Positions 11,847 through 24,974 of a DNA stretch of 64,000 nt are shown here, one piece after another. The notes under the pieces were generated by a model, which did no database searches, was not told where the DNA came from, and saw only the letters and a list, made by a program, of their open reading frames with translations. How positions within the stretch are numbered: position 1 is the first letter of the stretch; each line of letters begins with the position of its first letter. Source of the DNA: Puccinia triticina (taxonomy: Eukaryota); assembly GCA_026914245.1 (NCBI GenBank), contig CP110440.1, positions 1,550,001 through 1,614,000 on the forward strand, read 5' to 3'. The translations under genes and the position numbers were made by a program.

Positions 11847-12706
11847 TGGTGATTTATATAGGCAAGCGCGGTAGAATGTCCACGGGGGATAGCGCGGGCG
11901 GGGAATGCACAAAGCCGCTCAGGCAGAGTGCATTCCGGTGACATAAGCACTGAGGATGAGGTCAGGAAAGCACGCTAAGAAAGCTTACGGAAAAGTCACG
12001 CGCGGACCGGAATGCACGGATTGCGGATTGCAGATTTTGGATCGCGGATTCGGATTGGATATTTGGATTGGAGCGGAAAAAGACAGGGCTGGACTGCGGC
12101 GGGACTACACACGTGGACTGGTAGCAGCGGCGCGTTAGCGGGTGAGCCATGACAGCCCGAGCGGGTGGAACCGGGGTGAAGGCGGTGGCGAGAGAACAAC
12201 TGACAGGGGCTAGACAGAGGACAGTGGGAGGGCAAGCGTCGGAGAGGAGCGGAGTCTGGGAAAGTGACGAGCGGGATAGCGGGCGGACTAGTGCGGGAAA
12301 GTGTCAGACGTGCGGGATCGGGTGGGAACGGCGATGTGCGTGGAGGGAAGGACGGGGGAGGGGGGACTTTCTTCTTCTTCTTCCCATATTATCCGGGAGG
12401 GATCATCTGACGGATTGACTCATCATTGTACTTACAACTACGGACGTACTAGAGTTATTAAGAAGATAATCTGTGTTCTTATCCTTATTCAAGAGTTACT
12501 TGCGGATTTTGTGCTTACAAAGTGCGGGGCTTCATTCACTTGCGGATTATTACGCTATAGATCAGGCTCAGTAGAGGAGCGCTGAAGGCTAGCGGAAAGT
12601 AGCAGCGCGGAGCCGAGTTACCGACAATCACACAGCCTGGACATCAATATTCTTGAAGGAGGCGGTTAGCGGACTTTCTTCACCAACTAACCAGCTTTCA
12701 TTCTCA
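11847..12706. mobile_element. Solo LTR inserted in Copia pol
   Basis: TG...CA ends and 5-bp TSD cagtg (11842-11846, 12707-12711). Removal restores the frame EEIDKNVSAV-DDLKIQ. Confidence 0.85.
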
Positions 12707-14519
12707 CAGTGGATGATCTCAAGATTCAAGAAGGTGCTGAGCTTGAAGCCGTGCTGACCAACCTGCGAGCAGCAAAACACACCACCAAGCCGGATGATGA
12801 AGGCGAGTCAGAAGACAACTCGGATTTGGCGACACCAGCAAAAGCAATCATTGGCGCAATCAATCAGCAAAACATAGTTGAAGGAAAACGGGAACAAAAA
12901 CAAGCATTCACAGTCTCCGTCTCCATTGAACCCAAAAATCACAAACAGGCAATGTTGTGTGCCGAAAACTCAACCTGGAAGGAGGCGGAGTTGAAGGAAA
13001 TAAACAACATGAACAAGCACCAAGTATGGATAGTGCAAATGCGCATTGCAACCAGCTACCCAATACTGTTGACTTGGGCTTACCGCAAGAAACTTGGCTC
13101 TGAAAATCAGGTTATCGAGTTTAAAGCACGGATCTGTGCCCAAGGATTCAAGCAGACCCATGGTCTCAACTTTGAAGCAAAATACGCTCCAACAGGCAAA
13201 CCCGCCTCCCTTGGGTTCTTTATACTCTCCTTTGCGGTCAATCACGGTTTTAAAATACATCAGCTTGATGTGAGAAGCACTTTTCTGACCTGTCCTCTTG
13301 AGGACAAGGTAACACTGTTACCTCCGCCAGGGCTGGAGTGTCCGGAAAGTTTGGTACTGGAATTGAAGAAAGCCATCTATGGACTTAAACAGGCACCGCT
13401 TTTCTGGTATAAGCAGCTCTCTTCTTACCTATTCACTCTTGGTTTTCAAGCAGCGATTTCCGACCCGTGCGGGTTCTGGCGAACCAAAGCTTGCAACAGG
13501 CCTGCCACTTGGATATTTGCTCATGTGGACGATCTTGTGATAATAAGTGAGAAACCTGAAGTCTTTTGAATGGAAATGGAGCGCGAATTTGAGGTAAAAT
13601 ACATGGGCCAAGCCGAATTCTTGCTTGGTATGAACTTAGACAGATTTGACAACGGGCTTCAGATAAACCAAACACAGTACATTGACCAAAAACTAAAGGA
13701 ATTTGATCTGGAAGGCCTGCATGTTGCATCTTGTCCTCTAAACCCTCGTGAATATCTGAAGAAAGCAACACAAGCAGAGATGAAGGCGTTTCAGGAGACA
13801 GGAGTGAACTATTGAGCACTGGTTGGATCACTAAACTATCTCAGTATTCTGACTCAACCGGATATTGCGTATGCTGTAAGCACACTGTTGCAATACCTTG
13901 AATCACCTGGAATGAAGCACTACCATGCGGCGGTACAAGTCTTCCAATATCTGAAGGGCACCAAGGAAATAGGCTTGACAAATTTAAAACAAGAAAATGC
14001 AACCGTTCAAGCATTTGTTGACTCCAACTGGGCAAACTGTCCCGACACCAGAAGATCAACTACTGGATATGTTGTTCAATCCAGTAGTCACCTGATCAAC
14101 TGAAAATCCACAAAGCAAACAACCGTCTCTCTGTCAACAACGGAGGCGGAATATAAGGCTTTCTCCGATCTTGGTTGTGACCTAGCGTGGATAGCAAACC
14201 TAGCCAACAAAACTCTTATCTTTCCTGACCTCAAGAACATCAAAGTTTATATAGACAACGAGGTGCCCTGGATCTTGCCAAAAGTAAAGTGTCACAAAAC
14301 GGGTTCCGCACAAAACATATGTCATTCAGGTTGCATTTTGTCCGGGAGTTGATTGCGGTCAATCTAAACAAAGTCCTATATGTGAAAACCACTGAAAACT
14401 CAGCGGACTTTCTGACAAAACCCACTGGGAGGACAACCATCAAGAAATCTCTCTTCAAACTGGCGGTCATCCAAGTCTTGGAGGCTGCTTCGCATCTTGC
14501 GACTCAAAGCACGGAAGGC

Positions 14520-15302
14520 TGTGAGAATTCCAGTCTAGGCAAGCGGCGTCGAACTCATAAATTGAGTGAGAAGTTGGGAGCTACCCCAGCTGCGGAACTT
14601 GGTAAGCAAATGCAAACCATTTCTGCAGTCCAAAGTCTGCAAAGTGATGTCGTGAAACTAAAATCATCTTATTGATGTAAGCAGATCCAACATCCGCCAG
14701 CAAGATCAGGCACGTGGAAAATCCCGGCCAAAAACCGCTAGTCAAAAGAATCTCAGCCAGCGCCCAAGGTAGGCGGCTGAGTCTCTAAGATGAAGTAAGA
14801 AAGATAGAAGCTAACGCACTATCGTTTTTGTTCCTAGACAAAATAGTCAAAGACGACCAGACTGTCCACACCGATACCTCCCAAAGAGTTGGAAAACATA
14901 TTGGTAAGTGTGTTAAGAGCAGGAATAGAGCCGCTCTCTACTGGTTAAGATAGATTGTAAGAAAAGAAAACAATCCAATTTCGGATCTGCGAGACAGAGG
15001 GTGAGATTGTGATGTTATCACTTTCTCCCAGTTTGATTCCTCTCTTTAGTTTCTCTCTAAGGTTTTGTTCTTACTCGGTATGGTCTTTTGACCTGAGTTA
15101 TCCCTCACTTGGTGTCAGTTGAGCAACGTTATCTGCGTCAAGACATAGTTTCATCAGCTGCCGCCTTTGGTTTGCGCTTAGCTTTATAACACGGGTATAT
15201 TTCTTTATTTCTCAGTTTTAGTTTATTTCATAGAATATTGTACATACTTCTAGTTACACAGTCTGATTAAAATAAACACTCTTAGTTATTTGGAGTTTTT
15301 CA
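14520..15302 (+). repeat. Copia 3' LTR with internal inversion 14914-15193
   Basis: Matches the 5' LTR, except that 14914-15193 is the reverse complement of 7174-7469 minus 16 bp. Confidence 0.95.
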
Positions 15303-15456
15303 CTGCACACTCATGGTTTGAGAGGCTGGAGATCTAGGATTCTTCTGTTATGAGCTGCGCTTGCGCGCTGTGTTGCTCCCCACAGACATGTCTCTCAGTT
15401 GTACATACATGTCACGCATCCCAAACCACAAGGGAGAGCTGGGGAAAGATCACTTA

Positions 15457-16556
15457 CACCAGGGGAGACTTTGACGCACTCTCCAGAGAGTGCCAGAGTC
15501 TAATTTTATGTTGTTCTGGGTCTGATCTGAGTCAGATGTGGATTAGGAAATGATTGAAAATTTTTCAGAAGTCAGTGGGAAGTGTGTCAGAAGTGATGTG
15601 GAATTATCACAGGACCTTGTGCAATGTTGTATGGAACCATTTAATTTTCTAAGTATAATTTAATTAAAATCTTTCATTAAATCATAGTTAATCAATGCCC
15701 AATTATTACTCATTTATGGTGAATTTCTGTTGATCAATTTCTCTATGTCAAAGGGGTTCCAAACAACGTAAATGTGACCTGTGGGGGCTTTCATGGCTTT
15801 CTGACCAGTTTTTACTTGTAATGAAGCTGTGAAAGGCGCCTCCAGTGATCTGTCACTCTAATGTACGCGCGTACACGAAGGTGACATTGGCAAAGTGGAA
15901 AAAAACTCACATGCATGTGCATGGAGACATTGGAAAACAACTCACAAGCTTATATATTTTAAGAATCCAGGATGTCTATCTGAAATCTGGGACCACACAC
16001 CTCCAAGCTTGACTTGACTCATATTTTCACCCTACTTCCATCCTTTTTTGGCTCAATTCTAGATGATACCGGCCTTCTTTAGGGAAATATGCAAATTCAG
16101 ATGGGCCTTTCACATCATTCTAACAGGGATGTACATGTTGTTGATCTGCGGGAGGCCCAACCTGCAATTTGTAACAAACTTGCACACGTGCACATGACAG
16201 TTAAATTAGCAAAGTGAAAACAATTACCACCTTCATGCGCATATAAATAATATGAATTGAAACCCAATAATTCATCTTAATTACCAAACACTTCAAATTG
16301 AATTATTCTTTGATTGTGGCCATTGCGTTGTAGTGGTTTCAACTGCATTCCAGTTGTGTTCCAGTTGACTTCTGCATGACTTCTGGATGGTTTATGCATG
16401 AATCCAGGATCAGTTTCAGATCATTTGTGGATTAGTTCCAGAATTGTTCATTAATTCTTACACTACTTTCATCAAAGGCATCCAGCACAGTTACGGAAAA
16501 AGGGTACAGTATGGCACTCTCTGCCACTGGAGAGTGCGTCAAAATATCCCCTGGTG
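15457..16556. mobile_element. Non-autonomous CACC-ended element related to the giant transposon
   Basis: TIR caccagggga...ttgacgcactctccag(tggcag)agagtgcca. 3-bp TSD tta (15454-15456, 16557-16559). AT-rich, non-coding interior. Confidence 0.9.
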
Positions 16557-16806
16557 TTATCTTTCCCCATCTAGCACTCTATCTCATAGCTTGAAGATCC
16601 AGACCAGAGGTTCCAGATTGCCTCCTTACCCCGACAGACCAACTCTAACATATTGCTAGATCTCAACACAGGGAACAAGGCTCAAGAAGAAAAAGAAACC
16701 AACCCAGAACACAGAATCAACCGAACAAGCAGAACCCAACTAGAACCTCCAGAAACCAGACTGCACATCAACTGCCCAAAAAACAACCTGAAACAACCAA
16801 CACCAG

Positions 16807-17805
16807 ATGGCTGACAATGCAACATCATTACGCGCGAGGGTGGACAAACTCCTAGCCGCCGTGCAAGAAGAACAAGGACACCGTCAAAGAGCCAAAGCTG
16901 ACCTAGCAGCAGCCCGTGTGGGTATGGTCGCATCCTCTGTTGTGCCCATTTTACCCGCTGTTGTGCCCATTGTACCAGACCAACTACTAGCAGACGCCAC
17001 CGTAAAAGGCCCCAAAATCGGACTCCCGGATAAGTACGACGGCACCCGGGGCGCAAAGGCAGAGGTCTATGTTACGCAGATTGGGCTGTACGTGCTATCC
17101 AACCCCAGGATGTTCCCCGACGACCAAAGCAAGGTCATCTTCTCCATCTCCTACCTGACAGGACAAGCTAGTGAATGAGCCCAACCTTACACGGCTAAGC
17201 TATTTGCCGGACAGCTGGTGATGTATCTCAAATTCTTGACGGCATTCCAAATGATGTACTACAACACCAAACGCAAATCTAGAGGTGAGAAGGCAATCCA
17301 ACAGCTGAAACAAACAAAATCAGTGGCACATTACACATTCCAGTTCAACCAACATGCCACCAATACGGGATGGGAAGCGACGACCCTAATGAGCCAGTAC
17401 CACCAAGGGCTCAAGAGAGACATCCGTTTGGCCTTAGTGCTTGCAAGAGTAAAATTCACCGCACTCACGGACCTGTGCAACCTCGCACTGAAGATCGACA
17501 ACAAAATTAACGGCGCCAACCCGTGCTCCACTGATTCCACGCCTACGGTGGATCCAAACACCATGGATCTTTCAGCAATGCGAGGGACGCTCTTGACCAC
17601 GGAGAAGGCTGACATGATGTGGGCCGGATTATGCTTCTTTTGCGGTGAGAAGGGCCACATTGCGCGGGGATGTCCGAAGAAAGGGAAGGCGGCGACACAA
17701 ATCGCAGAGTTGGAGGAGGAGGTTCGCCGGTTGACCACAAGCACAGGGACGAGTGGTGGCGCGGGAAGAGCGGAGGAGTCAAAAAATGGCGCTGCTCGGG
17801 AGTGA
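16807..17805 (+). pseudogene. Gypsy gag
   Basis: PDKYDG, SYLTGQASE* (premature stop at 17176-17178, where W is expected), LKQTKSV, zinc knuckle CFFCGEKGHIARGC. Confidence 0.9.
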
Positions 17806-20481
17806 AGGTTGTGCCTCCCCCAAGCAGTAGGGATACTGTAGTTACTAAAGTTGGATCTTGTATTATTGTCAACACCAATGCAATGGATCCGAGGCTGTTT
17901 GCTAGCCTGTCCTTTTCTACATTACAGAAACCCCAAGCCACAACCCCCCTGATTGCCAAATTCCTGATAGACTCAGGAGCCACTCACGATGTGCTGAGTG
18001 AGCATTTCGCCACCAAAATGGACCTGTGCCTGATTCATTCATTGGTCGGGCGGACTATCTCCGGTTTCGATGGCTCCAAGAGCCAATCTTTGAAAGAGGT
18101 CCAGCTAATACTCGACACAGACACAAACCCGACCACATTCTTCATCACACGACTCAAGGATGCATACGACGGGATCCTGGGTATGCCCTGGATCAAGAAA
18201 CACGGCCACCGCATAGATTGGCGCAAACGGCAGCTGATACCGTACCAGACGAGAATCGCCGCTGTCGAAGCAGCGTCGTCACCTCCGCCAACAACCTTGC
18301 AGGACGGGGAGGAGCCCGGAGCGAGGTAAGCGAGGAGAATTGACGATGGGGTGCCCACTTGGTGCGGAATAACACCCCCGCGATGTGAGTCCATTGATAA
18401 TCTCCAACCAGCAACCCAGTTAAGAGCAACTGGCAAGCGGATTCATTTTCTAGAACAACCCCCGGGACCAGCAACGAAGAATCAGGCCTCCGAGACTCAA
18501 GAGGACGTCGAGAGCACCCAACAGGGTACCATCGCGGCCGCTCAGACGGCTTCGTCCAATCCGAAAAAAACCTCCAGCGACGGGGAGGAGCCCGTAGGGA
18601 GGCATGCGAGGCAAAGTGATGAGGGGGTGCCCGCCCTAGGCGGGATAACACCCCCGCGATGTGAGTCCACCACCCATTCTTATCCGAGTTGGCTAGGGAC
18701 ATGTCCCTCAGAACACATTCCACAGGACCCGAGCATACCACGCGCCAGGGACGTATTGAAGGAAATCGTTGCAGCCGCTTGTGTGGCTTTGTCTATACCA
18801 AAAAAAACCTCCACCGACGGGGAGGAGCCCGTAGGGAGGCAAGAAAGGTTAAATGACGAGGAGGTGCGTTAACACCCCCGCAATGTGAGTCCGGAATCCC
18901 CCCCATTCACCATGTGTCCATAAGAGCAACTGGAAAGCGGGCACACCCTTTGGAACTTGAAAGGCCACAACCATTGATGCGGCAAAGGCGTCGTGGAGCA
19001 CGTCGGCCCAACTGGCAGCACAGGCAAAGCAAGACGAGCCAAAGAAGTTGGTTGAAAAGCTAGTACCGCTACAATACCATCACCACCTTGGAATGTTCAG
19101 GAAAACAGAGGCGCAACGCCTGTCAATCTGTTACCCGGCGCAATTCCCCACGCGAGCCGGATAATCCCACTATCTCCGGCAGAAAATGAAGCCCTGGATA
19201 CATTGATCAAAGAAGGGCTGGAGCATGGGACGATACGCAGGACCACCTCTCTGTGGGCGGCCCCTGTCCTCTTCACAGGGAAGAAGGATGGCAATTTACA
19301 GCCCTGCTTTGACTACTGGAGGCTAAATGCGGTCACGGTGAAGAACAAATATCCGCTCCCGCTCACAATGGATCTCGTGGACAGCTTGCTTGACGCCAAC
19401 ACGTTCACCAAACTGGATTTACAAAACGCGTACGGCAATCTCAGAGTGGCGGAGGGTGACAAAGAGAAATTGGCATTTGTATGCTGGGCGGGGAAATTCG
19501 CACCCCTGACTTTGGTCCAACGGGGGCCCCAGGAGTCTTCCAATTCTTTATACAGGATATATTACTGGGAAGGATTGGTAAGGATGCCGCGGCGTATCTA
19601 GACAACATTATGATCTACACGCAACGCGTTACAGACCACAAAGAGGCAGTGTATGAAATCCTAGAAATACTAAGCAAACACCAGCTTTGGCTTAAGCCGG
19701 AGAAATGCAAGTTCTCAAAAGCTGAATTCAAATACCTTGGGCTAATGATCTTGTGCAACTGAGTGCGGATGGACCCGGCAAAGGTTGAAGCGGTGGCGGA
19801 TTGGCCAGCTCCAACCAATGTGACTGAATCACAGTGATTCATTGGATTTTCTAATTTCTATAGGCGGTTTATTAGCCACTTCTCGCGCACAACTAGGCCA
19901 CTCCACAACCTGACCAAATCCAACACTTGTTTTGTTTGGGACAAGCAATGCAACAAAGCATTTGAAGCCCTGAAGTCATTGTTCACCTCAGCACCTGTCC
20001 TGAAAATAGCCAACCCATACCGCCCGTTCCTCTTAGAGTGTGACTGCTCAGATTTTGCATCAGGCGCGGTCCTTTCCCAATTATGCGCAAAGGATAATGA
20101 GCTCCACCCAGTGGTGTACCTATCAAGATCACTGATCCAAGCCAAACAAAACTACAAAATGTTTGATAAAGAACTTTTGGCAATAGTTGCGGCGTTTAAA
20201 GAGTGGCGCCATTACCTCAAGGGCAACCCAAACCGCTTGAAGGCCATTGTGTACACCAACCACAGAAACTTAGAGAGCTTTATGACCAGCAAGAGCCTCA
20301 CCAGGAGGCAAGCAAGGTGGGCGGAGACACTGGGGAACTTCAATTTTGAAATAATTTTCTGGCCGGGCCGGCAGGAAACTAAACCGGACGCGCTGTCCAG
20401 ACGCCCAGACCTGGCGCCCGCCAAAGAAGAGAAGATGACATTTGGCCAGCTATTGAAACCTTCAAACATTACGCCCGAGAT
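17800..20481 (+). pseudogene. Gypsy pol: protease, RT, RNase H
   Basis: FLIDSGATH; WAAPVLF..KKDG..PCFDY..LN.VT.KNKYPLP; YLDN (degenerate YLDD); ECDCSDFASGAVL; DKELLAIV; RRQARW. Confidence 0.93.
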
Positions 20482-21229
20482 CACCAGGGGGGAATCTGTG
20501 GCACTCTCCAGAGAGTGCCAGAAGGTAACTTGTTTTGGGAAGTCTGCCATAACGGGGCTCTTCCCCATGTTTAACTCAACTTTGCCCCAACATATAGTCA
20601 TGCTGAAGTCAGACAAAACTTATCTATAACTTTGGTTTGATTTGGTGGGTTAAGAACAGCCACTGACAGGGTTAAGTACATCTTTCAACCACTATCAAAA
20701 CTTATCCTTTGGGGCAACTGTGTCGGGTGATTGTACCTGCTGCTCATGTACCATTGCTTCAGGAGAAGGACCCACACATACTACATATTCCAGAAAGAGG
20801 TTGTTGAGCAAGAGGGTCCTAGCCATTGCGGAATTTGGTCATGATGCTACCCAATTTATCTATTAATGAGGTCCCTTGTTGGGCAAACTTGGGATAACAT
20901 CATGCCCAATTGTTTTTAGCTTCATTTACCAGACAAAACTCACTCACTCTAGGTAAGTACACCTAGTGTGAGTACAAATGCTCAGCTCATCAAAAGTCAT
21001 AGTGGATGGAGGTCCATGTAGCCAAGATACTACAACCCATTGCACAAGATGACCAACATCTGGATGGTTTGAAGCGTTTCATCCATCCTTGGTTTTCATT
21101 GCAACATCCAGATCCCATCGAAGGCAGTAGACCCTAAATGGCTGAGGAAGTCCAAGACAGGAGTATTCCAGAAGGCATCTTGTGCTTTTCTGTTTGCTTA
21201 AGTGTCTGTTTGCAGAGGTTGCCATGAAT

Positions 21230-21610
21230 GCCAATTGAAATGAGTAAATGATGCATCATGATTGATATTCATCAATTGCCCAGTGGAGAGCCAGGGAATT
21301 CCCCAGTGAATACAAAATGCCCATCAGTGATGTTGTTGGCCTGTGGATATACACATGAACGACTTGATCTGCCTTGCTCGCTGATTCTCATCCTATGTGG
21401 AAGCCACTCAAGGTTTCAATGTGGTCCTATTTCTGCTTGTCAAAACCAAACTCTTCAAATCTTGTCTCACAATGAGAAAACATGTTTGCAGTTTCATCTT
21501 TGTTAACTGGTCCTAATTTCTTCATTGCGATGTGGAAGATTGAATTCATCAAGTTTTGAGAGATTCTAGTCAAGTCTGCTGGTTCATGCAACATTGAAAC
21601 CCTGCGTATG
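21230..21610 (-). pseudogene. Degenerate cargo gene fragment, unknown product
   Basis: Protein-like frame VSMLHEPADLTRISQNLM...FDKQK*DHIETLSGFHIG*ESAS...EYQS*, broken by TAG/TGA stops attributable to C>T changes. Confidence 0.35.
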
Positions 21611-22336
21611 TATCATCCAGCTGGGGAGCAGAGTAATGACCTCACAGTGCCCTCGATGATCATCCCGCATATCATGTTGCACTGGAACAGATGAAGCAGG
21701 CCCCCTCATGAAACCAGCAATACACTACACTAACCCTATGATTTTATCTCCTCTGCACCTCTGGTTAGCTGGTATCACCCAGGATATCAATTTCAGTTTT
21801 CCCCCTATATTTGAGGCTTGATCTTTCTCAATCCAACTACTTTTTTCCCAATTAACAGAGCATAGTTCAGATACTAGTGGAACAAAACAATTATGGGCAG
21901 TCCTGAGGGAGACACAACTTGACATCCACCCCTCCTGCCAGTGCCATTGCTTGGCTCTGACTGACCCATGTGGTCTCTGAGGTACTTTCACCAACATATG
22001 CAGTGGTACAGCAGAGGGACTCCTACACCTCGGGGGCTCTTTTCCCGCATGATGAAAACAAAAATAGCCGCACCAGACTGTGTCCCCTTATGACATAGTA
22101 GCCCAGAGGGCCAAAAACTTTGAGGCAATGGTTTTGTTGTGATGGTCTAGAATTTCTTCCGCTGTGAAGGGAAGTCACTCTGTAGATGTATGGCCTACAG
22201 CTCATCAATGACAAGGAATGCGGTTAATACCTCTGTCTCTGGGTCATTTTATATGCTTTGGCAGATATCTGCATGAATTCCACTCACTGAATCCATGTTT
22301 TTTCTATCCTATTACACATCACATCTCCACAAGAAA

Positions 22337-23400
22337 TGGTCATTTTCCATATAATACCCAGACTTGCCTTCAACCGGTCCTCTGCAAGATTGATGCACAC
22401 CATTTAAAGTAAGGCCGAATTGATCAAGAGAAGCTGTCAGCGAGAGATTTAAACTGATCTGACAAGTGGCGATCATGATTGATTTGATCAGGGTGGGACG
22501 GCATGTCATCAACTAGCCCAGAGATGCGGTCTTATCTGGCGGGGCTGGTTTGTTGTCAGACATTCCGCATCAACAATGATCAAAATGTGCACGTGTGGGC
22601 CATCCCGCCCCTGAAAGCTCCCCTGATTCACCTGCGGCGCACAGAAAATGGGCCACCGGTGAAACCTTGGTTGCTGGTTATTGACAACGATTGGAGCAAC
22701 TTTGTGAAGTGCAGTCGCAACAGTTCTGAGGACATCTCTTGGAGCTCATTGACAGCTGGGTGTGCGCGTGGAGGGAGACCTATGAAAAGGTTGTCACTAT
22801 TTGGAAAAAGAAGGTAAAGTAATCTGGGATTTTCTTCCAGAAAAGGCCACTGATACTTGCCATAGGATTGTTGACCTAGGCATGGCTCTGGAGCTTTGCA
22901 GTGGCAGCACAGAACAAGATGATGTGCTACCACAGTTCCTGCTGGTGGTCTATGCCCCCTTTTATGAGCCAATGAAATCAGAATTGTACCGACCTATTCC
23001 CCACTGGGGCAGGTCTTGCAGCTGACTGTGGGTGAAATGTGAGGCAAGTGTGTTCGTGCAGTTTGGTTGAGTGTTATTTCCCTTCAGTTGCAAGGAGCAA
23101 AAATCCCCAAGGTGGTGAGAACATGGCAGTCCGAACTGGGGGAAGGCACAGATGTCCACCACCCTGAAGAACAGCGGTATGGTCCAGCGGACACAGGTAT
23201 ATTTACTGATTTGCAGGTCTTGGGCCGAGATGCATGCAGGATTACTATCACTGTTTTATGATGAAGAGAATGCGGGTCCAACACGGCTGCCAGTCAATAC
23301 AAATATTGAACAAATTCATGCAAACACAAACAACACCATTTCATGTAAGGTGGGGCCCGGCGTCAGCTGTGAGTGAAAAAGAATTAAAGACCGACTGGAG
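22337..23400 (+). pseudogene. Degenerate cargo gene, unknown product
   Basis: Frame DAVLSGGAG...HQQ*SKC...AGY*QRLEQLCEVQSQQF*GHLLELIDSW...WKKK with TGA stops, followed by a GT-AG intron-like segment and further coding-like sequence. Confidence 0.35.
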
Positions 23401-23621
23401 TGATTGAAAGCCATAAAGGGAGCCCAACTGAAGTGACGTACTTCATCATCCGGCGAGGGCCAAAGGTCTTCCCTTTGTCGTGGTGCAACAGTAGGGCAAA
23501 CACCTAGCAAGGTATCTGCCTAGCTGGGTATTGATCAACCCAAAACTTGGCTTGTGTTTTTGTTCTCCTCATCTGCCCTACTGGTAGGAATCTTTAACGG
23601 CGATAAGTCTGAATCTGAATC

Positions 23622-24400
23622 ATGATTGAGGTTATTGGAAACATCCATATGTCTAACACCAGTCCGGAAAATATCCACGGTATCAATGATGAAATCCACA
23701 TAAAGTCTTGTGTAGTGTCTTATCAGATTACTCCGCATGTCTTGATATCAGCCTTCCAAGAGTATGACATTGTGCTTAAGTCCACCTTTGCTCCCGTCCC
23801 GGCCATATTATACGACTTCTGCACCCAAGTCGTATTTACCGGCCAACTTATTGTTCATCATGATTCAAGTCCACCGACCATCCTCGTCGAACGGTTCAAG
23901 TGGCAGGTTCACCGGGGACAATTGGCACTTGCTCGGGAATTCGAAGATACGCGCGCATTCGGGACGGCTTATGTTTTCAAGGTCCACACCAACCCCATCA
24001 TAGGCTGTGTGGGGTCTGTTGAAGTTGTTGATCCCGATATGAATACGGTCAGTGTTTTGCATGAACTGCTGGACGATAATCAGTCGTATTGAAGCTCCGC
24101 GGTGGGGTGTTTATGTGTAACGGCAGCTCACTGATTTGGGGATGGCCAGGCTAAGCTTGGGCGCATCGAGTTTTCTGCTGCAGGGTTCGGAGCACACGAT
24201 TGTTTTCAAGCTCTTCGTCGAGGGGATACCATCAAGTTTTGCGGTGTTGCCAAAGCGACTTCAGGTGGCGGAAACGGATTTCTTGCCGTGGGTGTACGTC
24301 TATTTACTTAGTGTTTCAACAGTCTTCCAAGTCTTACTCTGTATGCCTCTGTTGTAGCTCGAATGCGCTCAAAAGGTTGACAGATTGCAGAAGACGACCT
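23622..24400 (+). CDS. Hypothetical beta-strand-rich cargo protein
   Basis: 156-aa ORF 23622-24092 plus a probable second exon after an intron (…ctgcag at ~24183). Confidence 0.45.
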
Positions 24401-24974
24401 ACCAATTGAGGGAAAACCCAAGGAAGCGATTTGACCTTCATGTCAATGATTGGAAGCAATCTTCGCAAACCAGACAACATAGAAAGAAGAAGGTTAGCCG
24501 CAATTAAATGTAGCTTTATGTTCTCCCCACTTTGGCAGCTTGCACCACTTGTGTTGTTTGGATGTGGAACTATCACACAAGAGATCTACTCAAATCCGCG
24601 GCCAGGCTGGGTACACCCGTGCTCCGACTCATCTGACCGCTGCTTGTTTTTCATGTCCCAAGATAATAAACCAATTGTCATGAGCTAGTGGCCACAAGTC
24701 ATTACTCGCGGCCACCACGTGAATCTGTGTGATAATAGTGTTGAGAGAGAAAGTGCAATCAATGTCTGGACGTGTGCATGTTGGGAAACATCACCTTTGA
24801 AGTTTGGTGAACGGAGCAGAGTACAACAAACGTAGGCGTCTGTGACAACAGTCATCAAGAGTCTGAACATTACTTGAAGCTGAACGAGAAAAACAAGAGC
24901 AGACTACAAGCGGGTTGAGCATTCGGCCATTTGAAAACGTCAGCAACGTAATTTTGTATCGTAACACATGCCTA

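Larger units (their letters stand above)
7648..14519 (+). pseudogene. Copia gag-pol polyprotein, interrupted
   Basis: gag NFEIWEKKI; protease ILDSGASNHM; pre-integrase WHNQL|GHAS; integrase YFLTLVDQF...TDGRGE...PYTPQNNG; RT FKARICAQGF, HQLDV, KAIYGLKQAP, HVDD; RNase H SLSTTEAEY, ENSADFLTK. Stops, frameshifts and two insertions. Confidence 0.95.
6780..15302 (+). mobile_element. Ty1/Copia LTR retrotransposon, full structure, inactivated
   Basis: TG...CA LTRs at 6780-7583 and 14520-15302. 5-bp TSD ctgca (6775-6779, 15303-15307). Domain order gag-PR-IN-RT-RH. A paralogous empty site is visible at 43863-43867. Confidence 0.97.
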
